This document shows positions 8,870 through 18,770 of a stretch of DNA of 64,000 bases, piece after piece. Source of the stretch: Planctomycetota bacterium. Lineage in GTDB: Bacteria > Planctomycetota > Planctomycetia > Pirellulales > UBA1268. The notes beneath the pieces were generated by a model. It was not told the DNA's origin. It was given only the letters and a program-made list of their open reading frames with translations, and made no database searches. Made by a program: the position numbers and the translations under genes. Positions within the stretch are counted from its first letter, which is position 1, and each line of letters starts with the position of its first letter. The DNA lies in assembly GCA_016872555.1 (NCBI GenBank), contig VGZO01000004.1, positions 76,725 through 140,724 on the forward strand, given 5' to 3'.

Positions 8870-9825
8870 GGCTCCCCGACAGGGTCGTCGAGTGGGTGGC
8901 GGCGGCGCGGAGGATGCTGCTGCCGGCGAAGAGCCGCCTCCTGCCGGTCGACGCCCGGGGGCCGGCGGCCGCGGCGGCGATCGCCGAGCTGCTTTCGCGC
9001 CCCGCCCCGTGCATGATCAGCCGGTTCGGCGCCACCGAATTGGCGGCGCTGCTCTCGGTGTGGGACGTGCGCGACCCGCGGAACGTGTGGATCAAGCGCT
9101 GGAAGGTGTTCCTCGGCGAGATGCGCGCCACCGACCGGTGGAGCCCGCGGATCCGCCGCCACATGGCCGATTGGTCGGGATTCTTCCCGCTCACCGACGA
9201 GGCCCTCGGGCGCTTTGCCGACCGGCTCGCGGCCGACGCCCGCGAGATCGACCTCCTCGGCTCGTGGCTCCCCGAGGAGGCGCGCGTCCGCCACCTCCTC
9301 CCCGCGGCGCGCCTGATCCCCGTCGGTGACCTCCGCCCCGAGCTCCACGATCCCCCCTGGAGCCGCTGCCTCGCCGGCCGGCGCGTGCTGGTGGTGCATC
9401 CGTTCGCCGAATCGATCCGTCGGCAGTACACGCGGCGCGAGCGGATCTTCCCCACGCTCGGCGTCCTCCCGGCGTTCACGCTCGAGACGCTCCCCGCCGT
9501 CCAGTCGCTCGGCGGCGCCGACCACGGTTTCGCCGACTGGTTCGCGGCGCTCGACTCGATGTGCGCCCGGATCGACGGGGCCGAGTACGACGTGGCGCTG
9601 ATCGGCGCCGGGGCCTACGGCCTGCCGCTGGCGGCACACGTCAAGCGCGCCGGCAAGCAGGCGGTCCACATCGGCGGCCACCTGCAGATCATGTTCGGCA
9701 TCCTCGGCGGCCGCTGGGACGACGACCCGGCGATCCGACGGCTGAGGACCGACGCCTGGACGCGCCCCCTTCCCGAGGAGCGGCCGCCGACGGCCGACCG
9801 CGTCGAGCGCGCCTGCTACTGGTAG
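8866..9825 (+). CDS. Hypothetical protein, possible Rossmann/GT-D-like fold
   Basis: GTG at 8866 overlaps the epimerase stop (GTGA); an alternative ATG lies at 8914. Motifs ISRFGATELAAL, VLVVHPFAESI and DVALIGAGAYGLPLAAHVKRAGKQAVHIGG resemble GT-D/DUF1792-type proteins, from memory only. Confidence 0.55.
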   Translation: MRLPDRVVEWVAAARRMLLPAKSRLLPVDARGPAAAAAIAELLSRPAPCMISRFGATELAALLSVWDVRDPRNVWIKRWKVFLGEMRATDRWSPRIRRHMADWSGFFPLTDEALGRFADRLAADAREIDLLGSWLPEEARVRHLLPAARLIPVGDLRPELHDPPWSRCLAGRRVLVVHPFAESIRRQYTRRERIFPTLGVLPAFTLETLPAVQSLGGADHGFADWFAALDSMCARIDGAEYDVALIGAGAYGLPLAAHVKRAGKQAVHIGGHLQIMFGILGGRWDDDPAIRRLRTDAWTRPLPEERPPTADRVERACYW

Positions 9826-9865
9826 CCCGCGGCAGCACGCCGCCGACCCGTGCCTGGAGCCTGCG

Positions 9866-11305
9866 ATGTCCCGACCGACCGACGTGCGCGTCACCGGCGC
9901 CGCCGTCTACCTGCTGCCGGTGCGAATGCGCGTGCCGCTGAAGTTCGGCGGCCAGGTCGTCGACTCGGTCACCTGCGCCCGCGTCGCCGTCCAGGTGACC
10001 GGAACCGACGGCCGCAGCGCCGTGGGCTGGGGGGAGACGCCGCTGGCGGTCCAGTGGGGATGGCCGTCGGCGGCGCTGCCGTACGACGCCCGCCACGACG
10101 CCATGGTCCGGCTGTGCACCGCCGCCGCGGCCGAGCTGGCCGCGTTCCCCGCGCGCGGCCACGCGTTCGAGATCGGCCATGACTTTCGCGCGGCCCGCCT
10201 CGATCCCCTCGCCGCGGCCGCCGGGGGGCCTGCCGTCGGCGGCCCGGTGCCCGAGTTGGCGGCGCTGATCGCCTCGAGCCCCCTCGACCTCGCCCTCCAC
10301 GACGCCTACGGGATCCTCCACGGCTGCGACGCCTTCGCCACGCTCACCGCCGAGTTCCTCTCGCGCGACCTCGCCTGGTATCTCCGTGCCGACGCGGCCG
10401 CGCCCCCCGATCCGGCATACGCCGGGCGGCATCCCGGCGACCTCCTCGTCGCCGCGCCGCCGCGGACGCTGCTCGCCTGGCACCTCGTCGGCGGCCTCGA
10501 CCCGCTCGAGGCCGCCGACCTCACGGGCGACGAGCCGGTCGACGGTGAGCCGCTGCTGCTGGCCGACTGGATCGCGCGCGATGGGCTGGAATGCCTCAAG
10601 GTCAAGCTCCGCGGCGACGACCTCGACCACGACGTGGCGCGCCTCGCCCGCGTCGGCCGGATCGGCCTCGCCCACGGCGTCCGCCATTTCTGCGCCGACT
10701 TCAACTGCACCGTCACCGACCCGGCCTACGTCCACGCCGCCCTCGACCGGACGGCGGCCGACCTGCCGGAGCTCGCCGCGCGGCTGCTGTACGTGGAGCA
10801 GCCATTCCCCTACGACCTGGCGGCCTGCCCGATCCCGGTCCACTCGCTCGGCGCCCGGACGCGCCTGTTCCTCGACGAGAGCGCCCACGACTGGCGGCAC
10901 GTCGCCGCGGGACGGGCGCTGGGGTGGAACGGCGTCGCCCTCAAGACCTGCAAGACGTTCACAGGCGCGCTGTTGTCGCTCGCTTTCGCCCGCGCGCACG
11001 GCATGGACGTGATGGTCCAGGACCTCACCAATCCGATGCTCGCCGCGATCCCCCACCTCCGTCTCGCCGCCCACGCCGGCACGCTCGCCGGCGTGGAGAC
11101 CAACGGCATGCAATTCTGCCCGGAGGCGTCGCGCCCCGAGGCCACGATCCATCCTGGGATCTACCGGCGCCGCGGCGGGCGCGTCGACCTCGGGTCGATC
11201 GCCGGGCCGGGGTTCGGGATGCGGGTCGCCGAGATCCCGCGGCGGCTCCCCGAGCCGGTGCTCGTGGCAGGCGACATCCTCCTGCCCTCGACCGCAGGGG
11301 GGTGA
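9866..11305 (+). CDS. Enolase superfamily enzyme (mandelate racemase/muconate lactonizing enzyme-like)
   Basis: KxK motif (LKVKLRG). Candidate metal ligands DFNCT, YVEQP, FLDES. C-terminal barrel segment ALKTCK...VQDLTN. Confidence 0.75.
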   Translation: MSRPTDVRVTGAAVYLLPVRMRVPLKFGGQVVDSVTCARVAVQVTGTDGRSAVGWGETPLAVQWGWPSAALPYDARHDAMVRLCTAAAAELAAFPARGHAFEIGHDFRAARLDPLAAAAGGPAVGGPVPELAALIASSPLDLALHDAYGILHGCDAFATLTAEFLSRDLAWYLRADAAAPPDPAYAGRHPGDLLVAAPPRTLLAWHLVGGLDPLEAADLTGDEPVDGEPLLLADWIARDGLECLKVKLRGDDLDHDVARLARVGRIGLAHGVRHFCADFNCTVTDPAYVHAALDRTAADLPELAARLLYVEQPFPYDLAACPIPVHSLGARTRLFLDESAHDWRHVAAGRALGWNGVALKTCKTFTGALLSLAFARAHGMDVMVQDLTNPMLAAIPHLRLAAHAGTLAGVETNGMQFCPEASRPEATIHPGIYRRRGGRVDLGSIAGPGFGMRVAEIPRRLPEPVLVAGDILLPSTAGG

Positions 11306-11470
11306 GGCCCTGTTGGGGGGAGCACGCCGATCCGCGGCCGTCGCCCGATCCAGCCGCGGCAGCGTTTTTCCGCAGTCTGCCAACCGCCCCGGGAGGGGTA
11401 CACTCGAATCGGCGATGGCAAGCGTGGATTCGACGGATCGACCGTCGAGCCGACAGGGGGAGAATATCCG

Positions 11471-12223
11471 ATGCTTCGGACTCCGCGCGTTAACGCCGGG
11501 CTCGACCGGCTCCGCGCCGACCTCGACGCCGGCGGCATGCTCCGCGCCCGCGACGCGTTCGACGCCCAGGCCGTCGACATGCTCACCAGCCCCGCCGCCC
11601 GCGCGGCCTTCGATCTGGCGCGCGAGCCGGATGCCGTCCGCGAGCGTTACGGTCGCCACCGCTTCGGCCAGCGGGCGCTGCTCGCCCGGCGCCTCGTCGA
11701 GGCGGGATGCACGTTCGTGACGGTCGTGATGGAGCATCCCGGGGGCACGATGCCCGCCAGCGGCACCTACAACTGGGATTCGCACGTCGTCAATTGCCAC
11801 ATCTTCGACGACGCCCGCTGGCGGCTGCCGTACTACGACCAGGCGGTCACGGCGCTGGTCGAGGATCTCTCCGCCCGCGGCCTCGACCGCGACGTGCTCC
11901 TGGTGGTCACGGGGGAGTTCGGCCGGACGCCGCGCCTCGAGAACGTCGTCGGCTCGCAGACCAACGTCCACCAGCCGGGGCGCGACCACTGGCCCGGCGC
12001 GATGTCGCTGCTCGTCGCCGGCGGGGGCACGCGCGGCGGTCAGGTGATCGGCGCCACCGACGCCCAGGGGGGCCACCCGCGCGACCGGCCGCTGTCGCCC
12101 AACGACGTCTGGGCGACCGTCTACCGCCACCTCGGGATCGACCCGTCGTGGACCGTGACCGACCATGCGGGGCGGCCGATGCCGATCCTCCCGTCCGGGG
12201 CCCCGATCGCCGAGCTCCTCTGA
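11471..12223 (+). pseudogene. N-terminally truncated DUF1501 gene (C-terminal half only)
   Basis: Encodes only the C-terminal part (EPDAVRERYGRHRFGQRALLARRLVEAG...GEFGRTPRLE...GRDHWPGAM...). It aligns from about residue 225 of the 462-aa copy at 56278. No TAT leader or GGPS.DL.D.KP motif, and only 165 nt separate it from the upstream gene. Confidence 0.6.
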
Positions 12224-12270
12224 GCCGTCAATTCCCCTCGGAGCACCGGCTCGTCCGGTCGTCACCGCCG

Positions 12271-15200
12271 ATGCGCCGCCCCCCCCTGCCCGTGATCGTC
12301 GTCGCACTGGCCGTCGCCGGCGCGATGGCCCCCGCAGCCGCCAGTGGCCTTCGTGCCGGTGTCGCCCTGGTCGAGATCACCCCTCCGGGCGAAACACCAG
12401 GGGAGATCATCGGCGGGTTTCTCCCGGTGCCCGTCCGCGCCGTCCACGATCCGCTCCACGCGCGCTGCCTGGTCCTCGACGACGGCACGACGAAGGTGGC
12501 GCTGGTCGTCTGTGACCTGCTCGGGATCCACCGCGCGGTGAGCGACGCGGCGCGGGCGCGGATCGCGCGCGACGTCGGGATCCCCCCCGAGGCCGTCCTC
12601 ATCGCGGCCACCCACACCCACTCGGCCACCAGCGCCCTCGGCGACCGGCTCGCCGCCGCCGCCCCGCTCGACGCCTATCAGGAAGCGGTCGTCGCGAAGA
12701 TCGGCGCCGCCGTCGCCACGGCAGCCGGTGGGCTCGTGCCGGCGGAGATCGGCTGGGGGGCCGTCGAGGCGCCCGAGCACCTCTCCAACCGGCGCTGGCA
12801 CATGCGCCCAGGTACCGTGCCCGCCAATCCGTTCGGCGCGGTCGACATGGTGCAGATGAATCCCCCCGCCGGGAGCACCGATCTCGTCGAGCCCGCCGGC
12901 CCGACCGATCCCACGCTCTCGTTCCTCGCGGTCAGGCGCCGCGGCGGCGGCCTCCTGGCGGTGATGGCGACCTACGGCCTCCACTATGTCGGTGGCGTCG
13001 GCCCCGGGGAGATCTCGGCCGACTATTTCGCCGAGTTCGCCGCCGAACTGGCACGGCGGACCGCCGGCCCGGACGGTACGGCGCTGGTGATGCTCGCCAA
13101 CGGGGCCAGCGGCGACGTCAACAACATCGACTTCACCGGCACGCGCCCGCCGCGCGCGCCCTCCGAGCAGATGCGCCTCGTCGCCCACGATCTCGCCGCG
13201 CGCGTCGCCGCCGCCCTCCCCGGCGTAGCCTGCTCCGCCGACGCGCGGCTCGGCTGCCGGGCCCGCGAGGTCGAGGTCGGCCACCGCGTCCCGACGGCGG
13301 AGCAACTGGCGTGGGCGCGGCAGACGCGCGCCGGCGCCGCGCCGCCCCCTGGCAAGGCTGACCTGCCGTGGATCTACGCCGAGCGCGTCTTGGCGCTGGC
13401 CGACCACCCGCCGCGCGTTGCCGTGCCGGTCCAGGTGCTGCGGCTCGGCCCGGGGGTGATCGGCACGATGCCGTGCGAGGTGTTCGCCGAGATCGGCCTC
13501 GAATTCGCGCGGCGGGCGGCGGGCCGGCCGGCGGTGCTCGTGTCGCTGGCGCACGGCTATTTCGGCTACCTGCCGTCGGCCCGCCACCATCGCCTCGGCG
13601 GCTACGAGACCTGGCTGGGAACCAACCGCCTCGACGCGTCCTCGTCCGCGGTGCTGCTTGACGCCCTGGTGGCGATGGCCGACGAACTGGCGCGCGAGGC
13701 ACCGGCGCCCGCGGCGGTGCGCCGGTCTGCCGAACTGCCCGACGGCCTCGTGATGGAGCTCGCCGCCGCGGAGCCGGCGGTCGTCGATCCGGTGGCGATC
13801 ACGTTCGACGAGCGCGGCCGCCCCTACGTCGTCGAGTACCGCGACTATCCCACCGGTCCGCCGGGGGGCGGGCCGCCGCTGTCGCGGATCGTCCGTCTCG
13901 ACGACGCCGACGGTGACGGCGTGTTCGAGTCGTCGACGACGTTCGCCGACGGGCTGGCCTTCGCCCAGGGGGTGCTGGCGCTGCGCGGCGGGATCCTCGT
14001 CACCGCCTCCCCGGACCTGGTGTTCCTCGCCGACGACGACGGCGACGGCCGTGCCGACCGCCGCGAGGTGGTGGCGACGGGGTTCAGGGTCGGTAATCCG
14101 CAGCTCCGTGCCGCCTGCCCGACACTCGGGATCGACAACGCGGTCTGGATCACCGGAGGGCTGTCCGGCGGCAAAGTCCACCGCCCCGGCGATCCCGCCG
14201 ACACCGGCGTGTCGATCGACCGCCGCGACCTCCGCTACGACCCGCTCCGCGGCACGCTCGCCGCCGCCGCCGGCTTCGGCCAGTTCGGCAACACTCGCGA
14301 CGACGTCGGCCGGCGCTTCGTCGCCAGCAATCGCAACCCGCTGGTCGCCGTGATCCTGCCGGCGGCGGCGCTGGAGCGCAACGCGCTGGTCGACGTCGGC
14401 CCCGGCTCCGCCGATGCCGCGCCGTCCGGCGCCGACAGCCGCGTGTTCCCGATCGTCGCCACGCGGTCGACGGCGCTGTCGCACGCCGGCACCCACACCA
14501 GCGCCTGCGGCCTGACGATCTTCCGTGGCGATCTCCTCGGTCCCGACGCCGTCGGCGATGCCTTCACCTGCGAGCCGGTCGGCCACCTCGTCACCCGTCG
14601 CCGCCTCCAGCGCGCCGGGACGGCATTCGCCAGCCGGCGCGTCGAGCCCGACGGCCGCGACTTCCTCGCCGCGCGCGAGACCTTCTTCCGCCCGGTGTTC
14701 ACGGCCACGGGCCCCGACGGCGCGCTGTGGGTCGTCGACATGTGCCGCGGCAGCGTCGAGCACCCCGACTACATGCCCCCCGGCGTCGCCGCCACCGTCG
14801 ACCACCGGGCCGGTGACACGGCAGGGCGCGTGTGGCGGATCCGCGATCCGGCCCGGCCCATCCGCCCCTGGGAGCCTCCGGCCACCGCTGCCGCCGCAGT
14901 CGCGCTGCTCTCCGACCCCAACGGCTGGCGGCGTGACACCGCCCAGCGGCTCCTCGTCGAGGGTCGCTTCGCCGACGCGGCAAACGAATTGGAGCGGTTC
15001 GTGGCCACGGTCGACGAGCTCCCGGCCACGGTCCACGCACTGTGGGCGCTCGACGGTCTCGGCAGGCTCACGCCGGCCCAGGTCGCCCGCGCCGCCGCGA
15101 GCAGCCATGCGCCCGTCCGCGAAACCGCCGCACGGCTGGCGCAGGAGGCCGTCGGCTGGTGGGGACCGGGGGTGGACCGGGGCGACCTCGCCGACACGCT

Positions 15201-16548
15201 CGCGACGCGCCTCTCCGCCGATCCCGATCCCGCCGTCCGCCTCGAGGCGACGCTCCTCGCCGCGGGGCGCGATTCCCCGGCTGCCACGGCGGCCCTCGCC
15301 GCAGCCGCGCTGCGAGGCGATCTCGACGGCTTCACCGCCCGGGCGATCGCCTCGGGAGCACGGGGCCGGGCGCTCGAACTGCTCCACGCCATCGCCGGGG
15401 CTTCTTCCCGGCTCTCCCCCGCGCCCGACCGCGAGTGGCTCGTCGACGCGCTGGCGGCGACCGCCGCCGGCACACCCGCCGAGGTCGACGGGCTGGTGGC
15501 ACTGGCCACCGACTCCGGCGTCCGGGGTGCATGGTTCGACGTCGCGGTGCTGGGAGGCTTGGTGCGCCGTGTGCCGCTGGCCGGGCGCGCCGACCGCCGG
15601 CGTTTCGCCGGTGCCGTCGACCGCGCGGCCGCCGTGGCCGCCGACGCCAGCGCGGCCACAGGGTCGCGCCTCGCCGCGATCCGCTGCCTCGCGGCTGCCG
15701 CCGGCGGGGAGGCAGCGCCCGCGGCCGCGGCTGCCGACCCGGCCGTGGTCCGCGAATGCCTCGGGGGCCTCGCCGCGCGGACCCAACCGGCCCCGATCCA
15801 GCAGGCGGCGCTGGGAGCGCTGGCCACGAGTGCCGATCCGACGGCACTGGCGCTGGTGATCGACGCCCTTCCCGGTCTCGAGCCGACCGTGCGCGCCGCC
15901 GTGATCGGCACCGTGGCCGATCGCCGCGACGCCGCCGCCGGCCTGCTGACGGCGATCGAGGAGGGGAAGGTGCCGGCCGCTCTCGTGCCGCTCGACCGCC
16001 GCGCCGTGCTGGCCAAGTCGGCCGACGAGGGGATCCGCGTTGCGGCCGCGCGGATCTGGCCCCCTGAGGGTGCCGGCGAGGCCGCCGCGCGGATCGGCGA
16101 CCTGGTCGCGCTGGCCGCCCATGGCGGTGACCTCGGGCGCGGCCGCGACGTCTTCGCCCGCCACTGCGCTGCCTGCCACCGTGCCGGCGGCTCGGGGCAG
16201 GCTGTCGGCCCCGATCTCGCCGAGGCCGCCGACCGGCCGCTGGAGAAACTCGTGACCGACATCGTCGATCCCAACCGCTCCGTCGAGCCGCGCTACGAGG
16301 CCGCGGTGGTGGTCACCGTCGATGGGGACGTCGTCGACGGCGTGCTCGTGGAGAGCAGCGCCGACACGGTCGTGCTCGCCCGTGCCGGCGGCGAGCGCCG
16401 CGCGGTGCCGCGCTCGGCCATCGAGACGCTCTCCGCCACCGGGCGGTCGCTGATGCCCGAGGGGTTCGGGCGCACGATCCCCGCCGTCGAGTTCGTCGAC
16501 TTGATCGAGTTTCTCCGCGACGGCCGCCCCGTGCCGCGCGTGCCGTGA
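12271..16548 (+). CDS. Fusion protein: neutral-ceramidase-like N-terminal domain + PVC-type membrane-bound-dehydrogenase/HEAT-repeat/heme-binding (CxxCH) domains
   Basis: Signal peptide MRRPPLPVIVVALAVAGAMAPAAASG. Ceramidase-like motifs (VALVVCDLLG, IAATHTHSATSA). Then PVAITFDERGRPYVVEYRDYP...GNPQLR..., Ala/Leu-rich HEAT-like repeats, and C-terminal CAACHRAGGSGQAVGPDL...GRSLMPEGF. Confidence 0.8.
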   Translation: MRRPPLPVIVVALAVAGAMAPAAASGLRAGVALVEITPPGETPGEIIGGFLPVPVRAVHDPLHARCLVLDDGTTKVALVVCDLLGIHRAVSDAARARIARDVGIPPEAVLIAATHTHSATSALGDRLAAAAPLDAYQEAVVAKIGAAVATAAGGLVPAEIGWGAVEAPEHLSNRRWHMRPGTVPANPFGAVDMVQMNPPAGSTDLVEPAGPTDPTLSFLAVRRRGGGLLAVMATYGLHYVGGVGPGEISADYFAEFAAELARRTAGPDGTALVMLANGASGDVNNIDFTGTRPPRAPSEQMRLVAHDLAARVAAALPGVACSADARLGCRAREVEVGHRVPTAEQLAWARQTRAGAAPPPGKADLPWIYAERVLALADHPPRVAVPVQVLRLGPGVIGTMPCEVFAEIGLEFARRAAGRPAVLVSLAHGYFGYLPSARHHRLGGYETWLGTNRLDASSSAVLLDALVAMADELAREAPAPAAVRRSAELPDGLVMELAAAEPAVVDPVAITFDERGRPYVVEYRDYPTGPPGGGPPLSRIVRLDDADGDGVFESSTTFADGLAFAQGVLALRGGILVTASPDLVFLADDDGDGRADRREVVATGFRVGNPQLRAACPTLGIDNAVWITGGLSGGKVHRPGDPADTGVSIDRRDLRYDPLRGTLAAAAGFGQFGNTRDDVGRRFVASNRNPLVAVILPAAALERNALVDVGPGSADAAPSGADSRVFPIVATRSTALSHAGTHTSACGLTIFRGDLLGPDAVGDAFTCEPVGHLVTRRRLQRAGTAFASRRVEPDGRDFLAARETFFRPVFTATGPDGALWVVDMCRGSVEHPDYMPPGVAATVDHRAGDTAGRVWRIRDPARPIRPWEPPATAAAAVALLSDPNGWRRDTAQRLLVEGRFADAANELERFVATVDELPATVHALWALDGLGRLTPAQVARAAASSHAPVRETAARLAQEAVGWWGPGVDRGDLADTLATRLSADPDPAVRLEATLLAAGRDSPAATAALAAAALRGDLDGFTARAIASGARGRALELLHAIAGASSRLSPAPDREWLVDALAATAAGTPAEVDGLVALATDSGVRGAWFDVAVLGGLVRRVPLAGRADRRRFAGAVDRAAAVAADASAATGSRLAAIRCLAAAAGGEAAPAAAAADPAVVRECLGGLAARTQPAPIQQAALGALATSADPTALALVIDALPGLEPTVRAAVIGTVADRRDAAAGLLTAIEEGKVPAALVPLDRRAVLAKSADEGIRVAAARIWPPEGAGEAAARIGDLVALAAHGGDLGRGRDVFARHCAACHRAGGSGQAVGPDLAEAADRPLEKLVTDIVDPNRSVEPRYEAAVVVTVDGDVVDGVLVESSADTVVLARAGGERRAVPRSAIETLSATGRSLMPEGFGRTIPAVEFVDLIEFLRDGRPVPRVP

Positions 16549-16586
16549 TCCCCGCCCACCGCTGCCTCTGGATGCAGGAGTCTTGC

Positions 16587-18770
16587 ATGGTTGCCAGTGT
16601 CCGCGTCGCGTGTCGCCTGCTCGCCGTCGCCCTGGCCGTCGTCGCCACGGCCGGCCATGCCGAGGATGCCCGGCTCCGACCGCTCGAGGACCTCGACGGC
16701 TTCTTCCCGTTCACGCCCCCGGCAGCGCTCGACGAGTGGCAGGCGCGGCGCGCGGACGTGCGGCGGCGCGTGCTGGTGTCGCAGGGCCTGTGGCCGGCGC
16801 CGGCGAAGACGCCGCTCGAGCCGTCGATCCACGGGACCGTCACCAAGGGCCCGGGCGCCGTCGGGAACGCCGGCGGCGCCGGCTACACGGTGTCGAAGGT
16901 GTCGTTCCAGAGCGTCCCGGGTCTGTTCGTCACCGGCAACCTCTACCGGCCGGCGGGGCTCGCCGAAGGCCAGAAGGTGCCGGCGGTGCTGTTCGCCCAC
17001 GGCCACTGGAAGGATGCCCGGCTCTCCGAGCAGGACCCGGCGGCGCTGCGCCGGGAGATCGCGGCCGGTGAGGAGCGTTTCGAGCAGGGGGGGCGGAGCC
17101 GGTTCCAGTCGCTGTGCGTGCAGCTGGCGCGGATGGGCTGCGTCGTCTGGCAGTGGGACATGCTCTCCGATTCCGACGCGGTGCAGTTTTCCCGCGAGGT
17201 GGTCCACGGGTTCGCCAAGCAGCGTCCCGAGATGAACGCGGCCGAACGCTGGGGCCTCTACAGCCCGCAGGCCGAATCCCACCTCCAGAGCATCATGGGG
17301 CTGCAGACGTGGAACGCCGTCCGCTCGGTCGACTTCGTCCTCTCGCTGCCGGAGGTCGATCCGGCGCGGATCGCCGTCACCGGCGCCAGCGGCGGCGGGA
17401 CGCAGACGATGCTGCTGGCGGCCGTCGACGACCGGATCGCCCTCTCGGGCCCGATGGTGATGGTGAGCACGGCGATGCAGGGGGGCTGCACCTGCGAGAA
17501 CGCATCGTTGCTCCGCGTCGGCACCGGCAACGTCGAGTTCGCGGCGCTGTGCGCGCCGCGCCCGCAGATCTTGAACACCGCCGACGACTGGACGCGGGAA
17601 CTGGCGGCGAAGGGCTTCCCCGACCTCCAGGCGACCTACGCGCTCCACGGCGCCAAGGACGCCGTGGCGCTCAAGCGCGGCGAGCACTTCCCCCACAACT
17701 ACAACGCCGTCTCGCGCTCCGCCTTCTACACCTTCCTCAACAAGCAGTTCGCCCTCGGGTTCCCCGAGCCGGTGGTCGAGCGCGACTACGAGCCGCTGGC
17801 GCGCGAGCAACTCTCCGTCTGGGACGCCGATCACCCCGCCCCGCCGGCCGCCGACCCGCAGTTCGAGCGCGACCTCTTGGCGCGCCTCGCCGCCGGCTCG
17901 ACCGCGGCGTTGACCGCCGCCGCCGCCACCCCCGCAGGACTCGCCGACGTGCTCCGGCCAGCATGGCAGACGGTCATCGGCCGGACGGTCGCCACGGCCG
18001 GCGATGCGACCTGGAGCGTCGCGGCCAAGACCGCCGCCGGGGGCGTCACCCGGATGGCCGGGACGCTCGCCAACACCACCCACGGCGAGGAGGTGCCGCT
18101 GGTCTGGCTCCATCCCGCCGCCTGGAACGGCACGGTCGTGATCTGGCTCGACGACGGCGGGTCGCGGGCACTCGAGGCCGACGGGGTGGCGGTAACGCCG
18201 GTGGCAACGCTCGTGGCCGGCGGCGCGAGTGTCGTCGCACCGGACCTGTTCACCCCGCCGGCCGAGGCCGACGGCCGCCAGCGGGTGGTGAAGAATCCGC
18301 GCGAGGCTCCGGCCTACACGTTCGGCTACAACCACACCCTGTTCGCGCAGCGCGTCCACGACGTCCTCGGGCTGGTTCGTTTCGTGCGGACCGCGAAGGT
18401 CGGCGACCATCCGGCGCCGAGCAGCGTCGCGCTCGTCGGTCTCGGCAGCCGGGGGCCGATCGCCGCCGCGGCCCGTGCCGTCGCCGGCGCGGCCATCGAC
18501 GGCGCGGCGATCGACACGGGCGGATTCCGCTTCGCCACGCTGGTCGACTACCGCGACCCGGCGTTCCTCCCCGGCGCGGGCAAGTACCTCGACCTCCCCG
18601 GGATGCTCGCGGCGGGAGCCCCGGGGCGGCTGTGGCTGGCCGGCGAGGCGGAGATCCCGCCGGTCGTCGTGGCCGCGTTCACGGCAACCGGCACCCCGGG
18701 CGCCGTGACCCGGTTCGGCGGCGCGAAGGCCGACGTGGCCGGCGCTGCCGCCGCGTGGGTGGCGAAGTGA
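16587..18770 (+). CDS. Secreted alpha/beta hydrolase (acetyl-xylan-esterase/dienelactone-hydrolase-like) with long C-terminal extension
   Basis: CAGGAG RBS 7 nt before the ATG at 16587. Signal peptide. Nucleophile elbow VTGASGGGTQT preceded by PAVLFAHGHW. The C-terminal ~330 aa has no motif I recognise. Confidence 0.7.
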   Translation: MVASVRVACRLLAVALAVVATAGHAEDARLRPLEDLDGFFPFTPPAALDEWQARRADVRRRVLVSQGLWPAPAKTPLEPSIHGTVTKGPGAVGNAGGAGYTVSKVSFQSVPGLFVTGNLYRPAGLAEGQKVPAVLFAHGHWKDARLSEQDPAALRREIAAGEERFEQGGRSRFQSLCVQLARMGCVVWQWDMLSDSDAVQFSREVVHGFAKQRPEMNAAERWGLYSPQAESHLQSIMGLQTWNAVRSVDFVLSLPEVDPARIAVTGASGGGTQTMLLAAVDDRIALSGPMVMVSTAMQGGCTCENASLLRVGTGNVEFAALCAPRPQILNTADDWTRELAAKGFPDLQATYALHGAKDAVALKRGEHFPHNYNAVSRSAFYTFLNKQFALGFPEPVVERDYEPLAREQLSVWDADHPAPPAADPQFERDLLARLAAGSTAALTAAAATPAGLADVLRPAWQTVIGRTVATAGDATWSVAAKTAAGGVTRMAGTLANTTHGEEVPLVWLHPAAWNGTVVIWLDDGGSRALEADGVAVTPVATLVAGGASVVAPDLFTPPAEADGRQRVVKNPREAPAYTFGYNHTLFAQRVHDVLGLVRFVRTAKVGDHPAPSSVALVGLGSRGPIAAAARAVAGAAIDGAAIDTGGFRFATLVDYRDPAFLPGAGKYLDLPGMLAAGAPGRLWLAGEAEIPPVVVAAFTATGTPGAVTRFGGAKADVAGAAAAWVAK

